Source: an uncultured bacterium
GTDB lineage: Bacteria > Hydrothermota > Hydrothermia > UBA1063 > CAJXJZ01
NCBI GenBank assembly: GCA_913055745.1
Contig: CAJXJZ010000001.1
Coordinates: forward strand, 2,798 to 66,797
Direction of reading: 5' to 3'
Length of the DNA stretch: 64,000 nucleotides
Positions 27,787 through 37,685 of the stretch are shown here, one piece after another. A model generated the notes under the pieces. That model ran no database searches. It saw only the letters and a list, made by a program, of their open reading frames with translations, and had not been told where the DNA came from. Numbering within the stretch: the first letter of the stretch is position 1; every line of letters begins with the position of its first letter. The translations under genes and the position numbers were made by a program.

Positions 27787-28802
27787 AAATAATCCTTTTT
27801 CCCCTCTTCCCTCAATTTTTTAACAATGTTTTTTACCTCTTGTGCTCTATCCTTGGGTAAAACCAAAGTGACATCTTTCGTATGGACAACAACAAGTCCT
27901 TCAATACCAAGCACTGCAACCAATCCACTCTCTGAAACTATTATATTGCCACGAGCATCAATCTCTATACTCTCCCCAAGGTCTATATTTCCCATTTTAT
28001 TCTTCTCAAAAACCCGTTCAAGCGCAATGTAGGAGCCAAGGTCTTCCCAGAAAAAACTACTCTCAATTACAACTGCTTTTTTTGTCTTTTCCAAAAGTGC
28101 ATAGTCTATGGATATAGAAGGCATATCTTTGTATATGTCTTCAAGGTTTGAAAGAGAATACCGCTTCAATGGCTCAAGTAAAAAAGGCGCATAGTGCTGA
28201 ACTTCTTCAAAAAATACATCTGTCTTCCAGAAAAACATGCCCGCATTCCAGTAAAACCTACCACTTGAGTAATAAGTCTTTGCCTTTTCTAACTCGGGTT
28301 TTTCATGGAACTTAACCACTTTATAAATCCCATCTTGTATTTTATCGCCTCTTTCTATATATCCAAACCCTGTATCTGCTCTATTGGGTCTTATACCTAT
28401 TGTTGAGATGAAGCCTTTTTGAGCCATAGAAAGAGCATCCTTTACATTATTACTAAATCCATCAATACCTTCTATATAATGATCAGCAGGGAAAACACCT
28501 ACAAGAGAATATCCGTTTTCTTTTGCAAACAATGTAGCAACAGCCACACACGGGCCTGTATTTTTACCCTCAGGTTCTGCTATTATGGACGCATCTTTGA
28601 ACCTCTCTCTTACTTTATCTTCTAATCTCCTTGTAGTTACAATGACCACATGGTCAAAAAGTGGTCTTGTGCGCTCATAGGTTGCCTCAATAAGTTCTTT
28701 ATCACCTTTAATTCTAAGAAACTGCTTTGGATTATCCTCCCGAGATAAGGGCCAAAATCTCTCGCCTTTACCTCCTGCCATAATAATTGCAATACTCCTC
28801 AT
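27783..28802 (-). CDS. manC: mannose-1-phosphate guanylyltransferase
   Basis: N-terminal AIIMAGGKGERFWPLS nucleotidyltransferase motif. It has an ATGA overlap with recX. Confidence 0.8.
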   Translation of the reverse strand: MRSIAIIMAGGKGERFWPLSREDNPKQFLRIKGDKELIEATYERTRPLFDHVVIVTTRRLEDKVRERFKDASIIAEPEGKNTGPCVAVATLFAKENGYSLVGVFPADHYIEGIDGFSNNVKDALSMAQKGFISTIGIRPNRADTGFGYIERGDKIQDGIYKVVKFHEKPELEKAKTYYSSGRFYWNAGMFFWKTDVFFEEVQHYAPFLLEPLKRYSLSNLEDIYKDMPSISIDYALLEKTKKAVVIESSFFWEDLGSYIALERVFEKNKMGNIDLGESIEIDARGNIIVSESGLVAVLGIEGLVVVHTKDVTLVLPKDRAQEVKNIVKKLREEGKKDYL

Positions 28803-28894
28803 TTCTTAACCTCCGCAATTTTATAGAATTTTAACTTTATTCGGTCGTTCTGTAAAAATTTTTTATTCCGAAGACATACCTTTATGCTAAAAGT

Positions 28895-30073
28895 ATGAAA
28901 CCACTCTCAGGAATCAAGGTGCTCGACCTTTCAAGAGTCCTCGCCGGACCCACAGCCTCCATGATCTTAGCTGACCTGGGGGCAGAAGTAATAAAGGTTG
29001 AAAGACCCACAACCGGTGATGAAACAAGGGCTTGGGGACCACCTTTTGCAGGTGGAGAGAGCGCTTACTACCTATCCTGTAATAGAAACAAAAAAAGCAT
29101 AACGCTGGATATAATGAGAGGATATGACATCCTTGTAAAACTCATAGAGCAAAGTGATGTTATCATATTAAACTTCCTTCCAAAAACACTTAAAAAACTC
29201 AACCTCACCTATGAAGATGTAAAGAAGATAAAACCAAACATAATATGGGCTTCTATCACGGGTTTTGGTATTGATTCTTCTTTGGGCAACGAACCTGGTT
29301 ATGATGTACTTATTCAAGGACTATCTGGATTTATGAGTATAACTGGTGAAAAGGATGGACCTCCTATGAAAGTGGGAGTGGCTATATGTGACATTTTTAC
29401 AGCGCTCTATACAGTGATTGCCATATTATCTGCTTTAAGGAGGAGAGATATTACAGGAAAGGGAGCGAAAATTGACAACGCCCTTCTTGAATGTTCCATG
29501 GCATCCTTAGCCAATGTGGCTGAAAATTATCTCATAAGTGGTGAGGTTCCAAAGCGATATGGCAACCAGCATCCAAACATTGTCCCATATCAATCCTTTA
29601 AAGCAAAGGATGATTATTTTATTGTAGGTGTGGGTAATGATGAACAATTCAAAAGATTGTGTCAGGTCATAGGTAGCCCCGAACTTGCTGAAGATGAAAG
29701 ATTTAAAACAAACCCAAAAAGGCTGGAAAACAGGGATATTCTGATACCTATCTTAGAAAAGATATTCATACGGGAAAAGAGAGACCATTGGATAAAACTG
29801 CTTAAACAAGCCCATATACCTTCAGGCCCTGTGAGGAATGTGAAGGAGGCGTTCAGTGATCCATACGTAAAGGAACGGGAGTTTGTACAAGAAGTGAATC
29901 ATCCAAGAGCAGGTAGAATTGAACTATTTAAAAACCCCATTCATATGGATGGAAGAAGTTTTCCTATTTATAGACACCCACCACTTTTGGGTGAACACAC
30001 AAAAGAGATACTCTTGGAACTTGGATATAAAGAGGCGGATATTGAAAAATTATCTAAGGATAAGATCATTTGA
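28895..30073 (+). CDS. CoA-transferase family III (CaiB/BaiF/Frc-like)
   Basis: N-terminus GIKVLDLSRVLAGPTASMILADLGAEVIKVERP. Interlocked two-domain length. Confidence 0.8.
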   Translation: MKPLSGIKVLDLSRVLAGPTASMILADLGAEVIKVERPTTGDETRAWGPPFAGGESAYYLSCNRNKKSITLDIMRGYDILVKLIEQSDVIILNFLPKTLKKLNLTYEDVKKIKPNIIWASITGFGIDSSLGNEPGYDVLIQGLSGFMSITGEKDGPPMKVGVAICDIFTALYTVIAILSALRRRDITGKGAKIDNALLECSMASLANVAENYLISGEVPKRYGNQHPNIVPYQSFKAKDDYFIVGVGNDEQFKRLCQVIGSPELAEDERFKTNPKRLENRDILIPILEKIFIREKRDHWIKLLKQAHIPSGPVRNVKEAFSDPYVKEREFVQEVNHPRAGRIELFKNPIHMDGRSFPIYRHPPLLGEHTKEILLELGYKEADIEKLSKDKII

Positions 30074-30095
30074 AAGGCCATTACTTTGTGATTAT

Positions 30096-30124
30096 TTGAT
30101 TTAACATGCGCCTTAGTTTATATT
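30096..30124 (+). promoter_or_regulatory. candidate promoter for tRNA-Leu (TTGATT, 17 nt spacer, TATATT)
   Basis: Hexamer spacing is ideal. It sits 14 nt upstream of the tRNA 5' end. Confidence 0.35.
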
Positions 30125-30138
30125 ACAAGCACTTACAA

Positions 30139-30223
30139 GCCGAGGTGGCGGAATTGGCAGACGCGCTGGGTTCAGGACCCAGTGGGTATATAACCCATGC
30201 GGGTTCAAGTCCCGCCCTCGGCA
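30139..30223 (+). tRNA. tRNA-Leu (anticodon CAG), CCA not encoded
   Basis: Acceptor stem GCCGAGG / CCTCGGC with discriminator A. Anticodon loop TTCAGGA. Long variable arm. T-arm GGGTTCAAGTCCC. Confidence 0.8.
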
Positions 30224-30246
30224 TAAAATAAACAAAGGAGGAAAGT

Positions 30247-30498
30247 ATGGATAAAGACAAGGTATTCCAAACACTAAAAGAAATCATAATGGAAAAGCTC
30301 AATGTAGAAGAGGACCAAATAACCACAGATGCCAGGTTCCAAGAAGACCTTGGTGCAGATTCCCTGGATGTGGTTGAACTTGTGATGGCTATTGAAGAGG
30401 CATTTGATATCGAAATCCCTGATGAAGACGCTGAGAAAATACGGACTGTTGAAGATGCCCTAAATTATATATTAAATAAAAGAGCACCCGAAAAATAA
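30247..30498 (+). CDS. acpP: acyl carrier protein
   Basis: [17 protein letters not shown] phosphopantetheine attachment site. RBS AAGGAGG upstream. Confidence 0.9.
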   Translation: MDKDKVFQTLKEIIMEKLNVEEDQITTDARFQEDLGADSLDVVELVMAIEEAFDIEIPDEDAEKIRTVEDALNYILNKRAPEK

Positions 30499-30509
30499 TT
30501 AAAAAAACA

Positions 30510-31748
30510 ATGAGAAGAGTAGTTATTACGGGACTGGGGACCATTAATCCTATTGGACATAGCGTCCCTGAAACCTTTGAAAATGCATTAAAAGGGAAAA
30601 ATGGCATCAGAAAGATTGATAGATTTGATACCGAGGGATTTGGCTCAAAAATAGGCGGACTCGTTAAGGATTTTAAACCTGAAAAGAGAATAGACCCAAA
30701 AGAGCAGAGAAGAAAGGACCTTTACTCTTTATATGCCCTTTATGCTGCAAGTGAAGCCATCGAAGACGCCAATCTATTAGAATATCCTAAGTTAGACAAA
30801 GAACGGGTTGGCGTAATAATCGCATCTGGGGTAGGTGGTATAATAACCCTTGAAGAACAATTTCATGTTATTGCAACAAAAGGACCGGCAAGAGTTTCAC
30901 CATTTTTGGTTCCTATGATGATTGCGGATATGGCCTCTGGACTTGTATCTATGAAATATGGGTTCAAAGGTCCTAATTTTGCTGTAGTTTCTGCTTGTGC
31001 ATCTTCTACGCACGCCATAGGTGAGGCCTTCCATAAAATCAGACATGGTTATGCTGATGTAATGATAACAGGTGGTGCAGAAGCCCCATTCACACCCCTT
31101 GCACTTGCAGGATTTTCAAATATGCGGGCACTTTCCAAGAGAAACGACGAACCTGAAAAGGCTTCAAGGCCTTTTGATGCAGAAAGGGATGGGTTTGTTA
31201 TGGCAGAAGGTGCTGGCATAATAGTGCTTGAGGAATTAGAGCATGCTAAAAAACGCGGTGCTAAAATCTATGGGGAAATAGTAGGATATGGAGCAACTAG
31301 TGATGCATACCACATTACACAACCTGCACCAGAGGGTGAAGGAGCATATAAGGCAATGCAACTTGCGCTTATGGACGCGGGAATGAGCCCTTCTGATATA
31401 GATTATATTAATGCTCATGGAACTTCAACAAAATTAAATGACAAATTTGAAACCATCGCTATAAAAAGGGCCTTAGGAGATAGGGCATATAAAATCCCTG
31501 TAAATTCTACAAAATCAATGACAGGTCACATGCTTGGCGCAACAGGTGCTGTGGAATTTATTATACTCACACTCTCTGTTAAAAACGATATCGTTCATCC
31601 TACAAGAAACTATGAATATAAAGACCCTGATTGCGATCTTGACTATGTACCCGATGGTCCTCGTGAGGTAAAAATACGCGCTGGTATGTCAAATTCCTTA
31701 GGATTTGGTGGACATAACGCCTCGGTAATAGTAAAAAAGTTTGAATAG
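30510..31748 (+). CDS. fabF: 3-oxoacyl-ACP synthase II
   Basis: Active-site Cys block AVVSACASS. HGTST and GHMLGATG motifs. C-terminal GFGGHNAS. Confidence 0.9.
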   Translation: MRRVVITGLGTINPIGHSVPETFENALKGKNGIRKIDRFDTEGFGSKIGGLVKDFKPEKRIDPKEQRRKDLYSLYALYAASEAIEDANLLEYPKLDKERVGVIIASGVGGIITLEEQFHVIATKGPARVSPFLVPMMIADMASGLVSMKYGFKGPNFAVVSACASSTHAIGEAFHKIRHGYADVMITGGAEAPFTPLALAGFSNMRALSKRNDEPEKASRPFDAERDGFVMAEGAGIIVLEELEHAKKRGAKIYGEIVGYGATSDAYHITQPAPEGEGAYKAMQLALMDAGMSPSDIDYINAHGTSTKLNDKFETIAIKRALGDRAYKIPVNSTKSMTGHMLGATGAVEFIILTLSVKNDIVHPTRNYEYKDPDCDLDYVPDGPREVKIRAGMSNSLGFGGHNASVIVKKFE

Positions 31749-31752
31749 TAAT

Positions 31753-31780
31753 AAAAGGTGCCCAAAGGCACCTTTTATTT
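31753..31780. terminator. bidirectional rho-independent terminator
   Basis: Stem GGTGCC / GGCACC with loop CAAA. It is flanked by an A-run and a T-run. It sits between convergent fabF and the membrane protein gene. Confidence 0.7.
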
Positions 31781-32737
31781 TAAAAGATTTTTCCCTTCTT
31801 TTATAAATATAAAGCCTCCTATAATACCTGTTATGTAAAAAGTAAAAAACCGCCATAGAACAACAAAAGGAAAGATATAATCCCCTTTAATATTGCCTAT
31901 AAATATATAACTTGCGGATGTCTCTGCAATACCACTTCCACCGGGTGTTGGGGTAAAGAAAAGGGATGACAAAACAATCATCTCATACCCTATGGACCTT
32001 AAAAGTGTGAATTTATGTAGTTGTGTTGCAATTTGAGCAACATATGGTATGGAGCCTAAGAAGATGAGTGAAATAATGGTGGATAAAAAGGCATAGAACA
32101 GGTATCTTCTCTTTTCTTTATCCTTTACAGCATCAAGGAATACCTTCCTTAAAATGGTTAATTCTTCATAACTTTTTCCTTTAATAAACCTGCGTAATAA
32201 AGAGGGAGCGAAAAAAAGCAAAAGGTATAAAAGTGTAATGATTGATATGATAAAAATCGCGTATAGAAATATGCCCTTCATAACACCTTCAAATGTACTT
32301 TTCAATATGTATGCATAAGGAAGGGCCAATACAAGAATACCTGTAAATGTCACCATCCCCCTTAATAAAAGGTAGGATGTCCCTTCCCCCACCTTCACCC
32401 CTCTTCTGTAAAGGTAATAAATTTGAACAGGTAGACCACTTAGTTGAAAAGGCGTAATTGCGGCAAGGAATATGCCTATGGCTATGGTCTCAAATGCGGT
32501 CTTTATACTTATTTTATGTTCACCAATATACGAAAGAAGGGAAAACTTAATAGAATCAAAAAGCGCATAGAAGAACCAAAATATAAAGAGCAAAAAAAGG
32601 TACCACAGTTTTATATGAAAAAGTATATAAACACCCTTTTTGCTCAAAGTGAGGTAAAAAAATCCAACAGTTATAATTATAAGCAGGAATACGCCCCCGG
32701 CAATTATCCTCTTATTCAGTTTGAAATTTTCCAACAC
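31775..32737 (-). CDS. flippase-like (UPF0104 / LPG_synthase_TM family) integral membrane protein
   Basis: About 8 TM helices. C-terminal TPTPGGSGIAETS motif typical of the family. Confidence 0.5.
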   Translation of the reverse strand: MLENFKLNKRIIAGGVFLLIIITVGFFYLTLSKKGVYILFHIKLWYLFLLFIFWFFYALFDSIKFSLLSYIGEHKISIKTAFETIAIGIFLAAITPFQLSGLPVQIYYLYRRGVKVGEGTSYLLLRGMVTFTGILVLALPYAYILKSTFEGVMKGIFLYAIFIISIITLLYLLLFFAPSLLRRFIKGKSYEELTILRKVFLDAVKDKEKRRYLFYAFLSTIISLIFLGSIPYVAQIATQLHKFTLLRSIGYEMIVLSSLFFTPTPGGSGIAETSASYIFIGNIKGDYIFPFVVLWRFFTFYITGIIGGFIFIKEGKNLLK

Positions 32738-34735
32738 TTACCTCAAAAAGATAAACTTAAACCCCCATTCCTTTGAAGACTCTATTTCACGAATCCTCAA
32801 AATATACAATCCAGTCTTTATCATATTTTTCATATAGATACTATTATCTTCTGGATTTAGACTCGATATTTCATGAAATAACCTACGACCTGTGATGTTG
32901 TAAATATCCACACTAACTTTTTTGGACACATTGTATAGGGAATAGATATCAATCGTATTCTTATTTATTATGTTTTTCTTTAAAATAAACGGAGCATCTG
33001 GAACTAATGGAAGGTCCTTTAAAAAATAAATATCCAATTTGCCATCTGTATATACATATAAAAACCTGTTATCAGCCATTATTGAACCATCTCTTGTCAT
33101 AACACCTACATAGTCCCCTATATAAAAACTGCTATCAGCAAAATCTACAATGCCCAATCTTACATCAAGTATGCCGTAGGGCGCAAAAAGCACAAAAACA
33201 CTGTCTAAACCCACCACCTTTATTCCAACTATACTACCTTCACCCCTGAACTCAGAGACAAAAACTCCATTATCCATATTAAGAACAGAAATTCTGTACT
33301 CATTTACACCCTGCCTGATATAGGGAATAAACATTAAATTATCGTAGAAATCTGGATAAACGGGTGAGATATATGCGCCAAGTCCATCAATTCTATAGGT
33401 ATTTGACATAGAAAGGAGTGTGTCTGTTTCGTGTATGTAAATATACTTTTGTGAAGAATCTACGGATTCTATGTAAATTTTATTTCTATAAGACATTATA
33501 CCAAAAACAATTTCATTCGGTAATTCTATGGTCGCCAAAACAGAAAGATTATTGATATCAAAGGCCACAATACTGTTTTTCCTTGCATAATAGAGTATGC
33601 CCTTTTTGTATTGAAATCCAGAAGAGACGCTGTCATCAATAAACATTAAGGTATTATGTTTTTTCAAAAAAAGGCTATCTGTTTTTGTAAGATATATAAA
33701 AAGTGTATCATTCCATATAAAATCTTTAGTTTTGATGGTGTCAAGTATTAAAAGCTCGGGTTCAAGGGGATTATTTAGACATAACTCTGAGGGAAAATCT
33801 CCATTTTGAAGATATATACTCCCATTACGCATTCTAAACTTAGAAAGAGGGAACGGATAATCTTTATCTAAAATGACCTCGTTATTTTTTATATTAAACA
33901 AAAAGCCATCATAAGACCTTGCATAAACTGTATCAAGGACCTTTACAAAATCTGTACCTACAAAATTTATAGAGTCAATGAAAAATATGCTGTCATTAAA
34001 TATGCTATCGGAAATATAGGTTTTCTCAAATGTAGATAGATAATAAATCCTTTTACCATCATCTGAATCTATTGCACTTATAAAGTAAAACTCCCTATCA
34101 TGACCCAGAGTGTACATCCTTTTAAGGGAAATGCCATTTCCTTCACTTAACATATAGATATTCCCATCAAAACCTATAAAAAGCATTGTATCATCAACAG
34201 AAAATACATCCCTTTGTAATGGGACATCCTCTTTGATGAATAGGGTATCAAAGGCTACTGAATCTGCAAGAAAATGTGGCCTAAGCACAACAAAATTATT
34301 AGAAAAACCTTTATATCCTGCTATCATGCTATCAGAGAATACATGGCCAGAATAAAGGTTAATATTGAAAAGATTGCCATTACTCTCCATTAAAGCAATT
34401 TGAAAATCCTTACCAATCAAGTAAAAACCCTTGCCCTTTTCTATGTATTTGGCTCCCTGAACCTTACCAAAGTGCCCAATGTGTATATTTTTCTCATACA
34501 CATCCACATAGGCATCAAAACTTCCAAGTTTTCTTGATAATACAGCAAGAGTATCCCCTTTTATGCAAAAATCCTGCACTGTATAATCAAAATCAGCAAA
34601 TACCCTTTTGCCTTTATAAATCCTATAAGGGTATGATACATATAGGGTATTATTGCTCTTCGCTATTTTTCTAATATGACCTGAATATAAGGTGGAAAGA
34701 TTGTACAATGTGAAAATAAAAACTATGAGTTTCAT
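32738..34735 (-). CDS. secreted repeat protein with T9SS-like C-terminal sorting domain
   Basis: Signal peptide. Beta-rich, aromatic-rich repeats. The last ~70 aa (VSVDIYNITGRRLF ... GLYILRIREIES ... FKFIFLR) resemble the Por/T9SS C-terminal domain beta-sandwich. Confidence 0.4.
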   Translation of the reverse strand: MKLIVFIFTLYNLSTLYSGHIRKIAKSNNTLYVSYPYRIYKGKRVFADFDYTVQDFCIKGDTLAVLSRKLGSFDAYVDVYEKNIHIGHFGKVQGAKYIEKGKGFYLIGKDFQIALMESNGNLFNINLYSGHVFSDSMIAGYKGFSNNFVVLRPHFLADSVAFDTLFIKEDVPLQRDVFSVDDTMLFIGFDGNIYMLSEGNGISLKRMYTLGHDREFYFISAIDSDDGKRIYYLSTFEKTYISDSIFNDSIFFIDSINFVGTDFVKVLDTVYARSYDGFLFNIKNNEVILDKDYPFPLSKFRMRNGSIYLQNGDFPSELCLNNPLEPELLILDTIKTKDFIWNDTLFIYLTKTDSLFLKKHNTLMFIDDSVSSGFQYKKGILYYARKNSIVAFDINNLSVLATIELPNEIVFGIMSYRNKIYIESVDSSQKYIYIHETDTLLSMSNTYRIDGLGAYISPVYPDFYDNLMFIPYIRQGVNEYRISVLNMDNGVFVSEFRGEGSIVGIKVVGLDSVFVLFAPYGILDVRLGIVDFADSSFYIGDYVGVMTRDGSIMADNRFLYVYTDGKLDIYFLKDLPLVPDAPFILKKNIINKNTIDIYSLYNVSKKVSVDIYNITGRRLFHEISSLNPEDNSIYMKNMIKTGLYILRIREIESSKEWGFKFIFLR

Positions 34736-37575
34736 TTTAACAATAAGACCTCCTTCTTTGCTTCCATGCCAATGGCATCCTTACCTCTTCGCCTTATAAT
34801 ATCTATGTATATCCTCTTCGCATCCTGTTTCAATCCTAACATATAATATAATCTTGCAGCATTTAGACCACCTGTATCCCCCCAATCACCATTCTTCCTA
34901 TGGAATTTATAGACACGAAGGAAATAACCCAAAGACTCTTGGAATAGAGAATCCTGCATATATGCCATCCCAAGCCAGTATTTTAGTTCTGCCTCATCAC
35001 TTCTATCAAAATAACCCTCCACTCTTTTAAGTACATCCACTGCAGTATCTGGCCTACCCAATTCTATATATGTGAACCCCAATGATATATAGGCATCAGA
35101 CAATTTATCACACTTTATACACTCGTGTATATATCGCTTAAGCGTCTTTATAACCAAATCGTTCTTGTTTGCCCTTTTAGCAGAGAGATATGCGTTAAAT
35201 AGCGCAGCATCTTTCAAACTCTCAAGATCACTGGACTTAAGATAATTCTTATACGCCTTGATATAGTTTTTCTTAAGATATAAAATCGTACCCTTTTTGA
35301 AATATAGATGATACTTAAAACTGTCTACAGCATCCTCTGGATTACCTATCAGAAGAAGTGCTGAATCCATCTTATTCATTCTCATGAGGCGCTTTACATT
35401 AAGATACCTCAAAAGGGACTTCCCATACTCTGACAGGTAAAAACTATCAGGCTCTAAAAATCCAAAATAAATCCCATAGGCAATATATGTAACAGAATCA
35501 ATCTTCCCTCTTTTCACAAGCAAATTAAGTACATGCTGTAAGTCTTGTAAATTTTCATTATCTTTTATAAGTTCTTTTAAATAAACCTTTATATCCTGTT
35601 CATCAAGTAGCATGGGATCAACCTTTTCTATCATACCACTTTTTAAATAAAGTAAATTTTTGGCATACTTATCAAGTGAAAGATTGCTTATCCCTTCTAA
35701 ATTGTCCATTTTAAGAAGGGACAATGCACAGAGAGACTGAAAACTGTCATCATTAAAAAACAGTCCATATAAAAGCGATTTTTTGTAATCCTCAAGAACA
35801 TAATCCAACTTTGCCCTATAAAATGCATAGAACCTGTCTTTTCCAAAGTGCATTCTATATGTTTGAAGAAGGGTATCTGTTATAAGAAAGTCATTAAACC
35901 TAAGTGCAATAGGTATTATATGTTTTAGTATACTCTTTGCTGGATACCTTCTATAATCGATGTGTCTCTTTGAGAGTTTTTTGTAAATCCTCATAGAATC
36001 TTTTGTACTTAGAGTGTCTTCAAATAATAGGGTATAAAACTTTTGATTATTAGGAAGATAGAAAAGCGCAGAATCTATATTATGCGAGGATACATGATAC
36101 AAAAACCTTGCCACATTACTGTGGGAAAGGTCCTTTAAAAGTTTCTCCTTATGCTTAGATTTTAATAGATAATAAAGATAATAGAGTTCTTCTTCATCAA
36201 GATGTTGATATGTATAGCGTTCAATATTAAAGAAGGATGGATTATAATGATAGACGATTTTAAGATACAATTTTCTTGGTATCAGTTTACTATACTTTTC
36301 TGCCAGTAGGAAAGCGTTTTTTAAATCTCCTTCTCTACCATAGAGTTGCCATAGATTATATAAAGATGCTACAATGTAAGGGACTACCTGCGCAGGGAGC
36401 GTCTTTCCTTTGGCATATTGAACTAACTCAGCATAATAACCATTGTTAAATAGTTCTTTTATCATGCCTTTTGTGTCATAGCCACCTAACAGTATATCCT
36501 GAGGCATCTTTTTCTGTTTTTCAAGATAACCCTTCCATAATAGTACCGTATCCTGTGGGTAGTAATCTTTTACATCCTTTAAAAGGTCTTTTGCATAGGC
36601 ATATTGGCCCTTTAAGGTAAGAAAAACGGCAAGTTTAAAAAAAACCGTATCCCTTAAGCCTTTACTTGCACCCTTTGCATTAAGCAATGCCTTGTTCGGG
36701 TTCTTATCCATGTATGCCTTTAAAAGATTATAGTCCTTTAATGTATCAAGCATATAAAGGATAGAGTTATAGATCTTCTTATGACTTTTGTAGAATTTGG
36801 CTATTTGCATTATGGAGTCTGCCCTCTGTCTCATAAAAACAAGAGACATTATCTTCATTTTTACAAGTTGACTATCTGTCTCATCATTTTTGATCATACG
36901 AGAGACAGCATCATAAGCACCAAGGTTATAGAGTATCTTTAGTTTTAATTTTCGTGACAGCGTATCCTCTTTTCCAAACAATGCATAAAATGCACTAAAA
37001 GTGTCTTTTCTGTGCATATAATAATAGTAAGAAGCCCATGGATTTGCATCAAAAAGTGATGGAAAAATCTTATTTTCTACATCATTTTTATAAATGAATG
37101 CAGAAAGCTTTCCTTTAAATTCACTGTCATAATCCGATGCAAGAACCCGAAGAATAGCAAGATACCGAGATGTATCTTCTTTATCTTTGAGTTTGCTAAG
37201 CATTTTAAGAAGCACTTTTTTTCTTTGTGGTGCATTTGGATATAGATAAGCGAACCGCTCTACATTCTTTCCAAGTCTTGAACTATCAAGTTGAAAAAGC
37301 ATATCAAAGACCTTTATTGCAAGAGAATCAGAAAGACGTCTTGTAGATAACCTATACAGATTGGACAAAGCAGATATGGTATCCTGCACTTTTAAATACA
37401 GCTCTGCCTGTTCAAAAAGCGCTTGATACTTAATAATAGAATCTGAAGATGTTCTATAGATTTCATTATACGCCCTTATGGCACTTTCTATATCTCCCTG
37501 CTCTGCATAGTGCCTGGGTAAGTCTAAGATACTTACCTTACTAAAGATAAAAATCAAAAAACAAAGGCCCTTCAT
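34732..37575 (-). CDS. large secreted TPR repeat protein
   Basis: The start is moved to ATG 37575 (MKGLCFLIFIFS signal peptide). The 37710 start would overlap the hutU start. TPR-like periodicity runs throughout. Confidence 0.5.
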   Translation of the reverse strand: MKGLCFLIFIFSKVSILDLPRHYAEQGDIESAIRAYNEIYRTSSDSIIKYQALFEQAELYLKVQDTISALSNLYRLSTRRLSDSLAIKVFDMLFQLDSSRLGKNVERFAYLYPNAPQRKKVLLKMLSKLKDKEDTSRYLAILRVLASDYDSEFKGKLSAFIYKNDVENKIFPSLFDANPWASYYYYMHRKDTFSAFYALFGKEDTLSRKLKLKILYNLGAYDAVSRMIKNDETDSQLVKMKIMSLVFMRQRADSIMQIAKFYKSHKKIYNSILYMLDTLKDYNLLKAYMDKNPNKALLNAKGASKGLRDTVFFKLAVFLTLKGQYAYAKDLLKDVKDYYPQDTVLLWKGYLEKQKKMPQDILLGGYDTKGMIKELFNNGYYAELVQYAKGKTLPAQVVPYIVASLYNLWQLYGREGDLKNAFLLAEKYSKLIPRKLYLKIVYHYNPSFFNIERYTYQHLDEEELYYLYYLLKSKHKEKLLKDLSHSNVARFLYHVSSHNIDSALFYLPNNQKFYTLLFEDTLSTKDSMRIYKKLSKRHIDYRRYPAKSILKHIIPIALRFNDFLITDTLLQTYRMHFGKDRFYAFYRAKLDYVLEDYKKSLLYGLFFNDDSFQSLCALSLLKMDNLEGISNLSLDKYAKNLLYLKSGMIEKVDPMLLDEQDIKVYLKELIKDNENLQDLQHVLNLLVKRGKIDSVTYIAYGIYFGFLEPDSFYLSEYGKSLLRYLNVKRLMRMNKMDSALLLIGNPEDAVDSFKYHLYFKKGTILYLKKNYIKAYKNYLKSSDLESLKDAALFNAYLSAKRANKNDLVIKTLKRYIHECIKCDKLSDAYISLGFTYIELGRPDTAVDVLKRVEGYFDRSDEAELKYWLGMAYMQDSLFQESLGYFLRVYKFHRKNGDWGDTGGLNAARLYYMLGLKQDAKRIYIDIIRRRGKDAIGMEAKKEVLLLK

Positions 37576-37685
37576 ATCTATAATTTTAAATGTAATAGAT
37601 GGGAATACAAACAGATTTATGGCTTTCTGTTGAACCACTATGATCTTTGCAATATAATAAAGGTAACAAAAAAGGGGGTAATTAA

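Noticed and set aside
30123-30326. Minus-strand 67 aa ORF
   Set aside because: It overlaps the tRNA-Leu gene and the acpP start, so it is spurious.
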